This document shows positions 63,859 through 64,000 of a stretch of 64,000 bases of DNA, piece by piece. The stretch's first letter is position 1, and the number at the start of each line of letters is the position of its first letter. Location of the stretch: assembly GCF_055900595.2 (NCBI RefSeq), contig NZ_CM148325.1. One strand, given 5' to 3'. The position numbers and the translations under genes were made by a program. Under the pieces are notes generated by a model. The model did not search any database, was not told the DNA's origin, and saw nothing but the letters and a program-made list of their open reading frames with translations.

Positions 63859-64000
63859 AAAAACGCCTGCTCTTATTACGGAGCAGGCGTTAAAACAGGT
63901 CTGTATGACAACAAGTGGGTGCTTCACTCAACGTTGTGTCCATGGTGTCTGATGAGGCATAAGCGACATCTGTCAGTGGACGATAAGCACCGTAAACGGC
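63859..64000 (-). ncRNA. glmZ: small RNA GlmZ (3' portion; 5' end beyond window)
   Basis: Reverse complement of the window end matches my recollection of the GlmZ 3' half, including the terminator AACGCCTGCTCCGTAATAAGAGCAGGCGTTTTTT; location next to hemY agrees with the known hemY-aslA intergenic position. Confidence 0.75.

Overview
This window reads as an Escherichia coli-type chromosomal segment matching the K-12 rrnA-to-hemCDXY region (about 86 min) in reverse orientation. All identifications come from reading the sequence and ORF translations against recalled protein and RNA sequences; no database search was run. It opens inside a minus-strand rRNA operon (partial 5S, 23S, tRNA-Ala, tRNA-Ile, 16S, with P1/P2 promoters), followed by a syntenic core block: hemG, trkH, yigZ, pepQ, fadBA, fre, ubiD, rfaH, tatDCBA, ubiB/J/E, rmuC, then udp, ysgA, metE/metR, yigM, yigL, pldB, rhtB/rhtC, recQ, pldA, yigI, rarD, yigG/yigF, corA, yigE, uvrD, yigB, xerC, yigA, dapF, yifL, then cyaY, cyaA, hemCDXY and the 3' part of the sRNA GlmZ. 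Three segments appear to be extra relative to the K-12 gene order as I recall it. (1) Between rmuC and udp: a six-gene plus-strand cluster of an IclR-family regulator, a DgoK-like kinase, a DgoA-like aldolase and a TctCBA-type tripartite transporter, preceded by a perfect 12-bp inverted repeat. (2) Between yifL and cyaY: an intact 1310-bp IS3-family element (IS629-like) with a 3-bp target duplication, next to two tandem, translationally coupled paralogous genes for secreted repeat proteins that look DKNYY-like. (3) Between hemY and glmZ: a 199-codon ORF for a predicted membrane-anchored acidic protein. The tandem secreted-repeat pair and the kinase/aldolase/transporter cluster are the best candidates for an uncharacterised system. 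No CRISPR array, prophage or recognisable defence system was seen.
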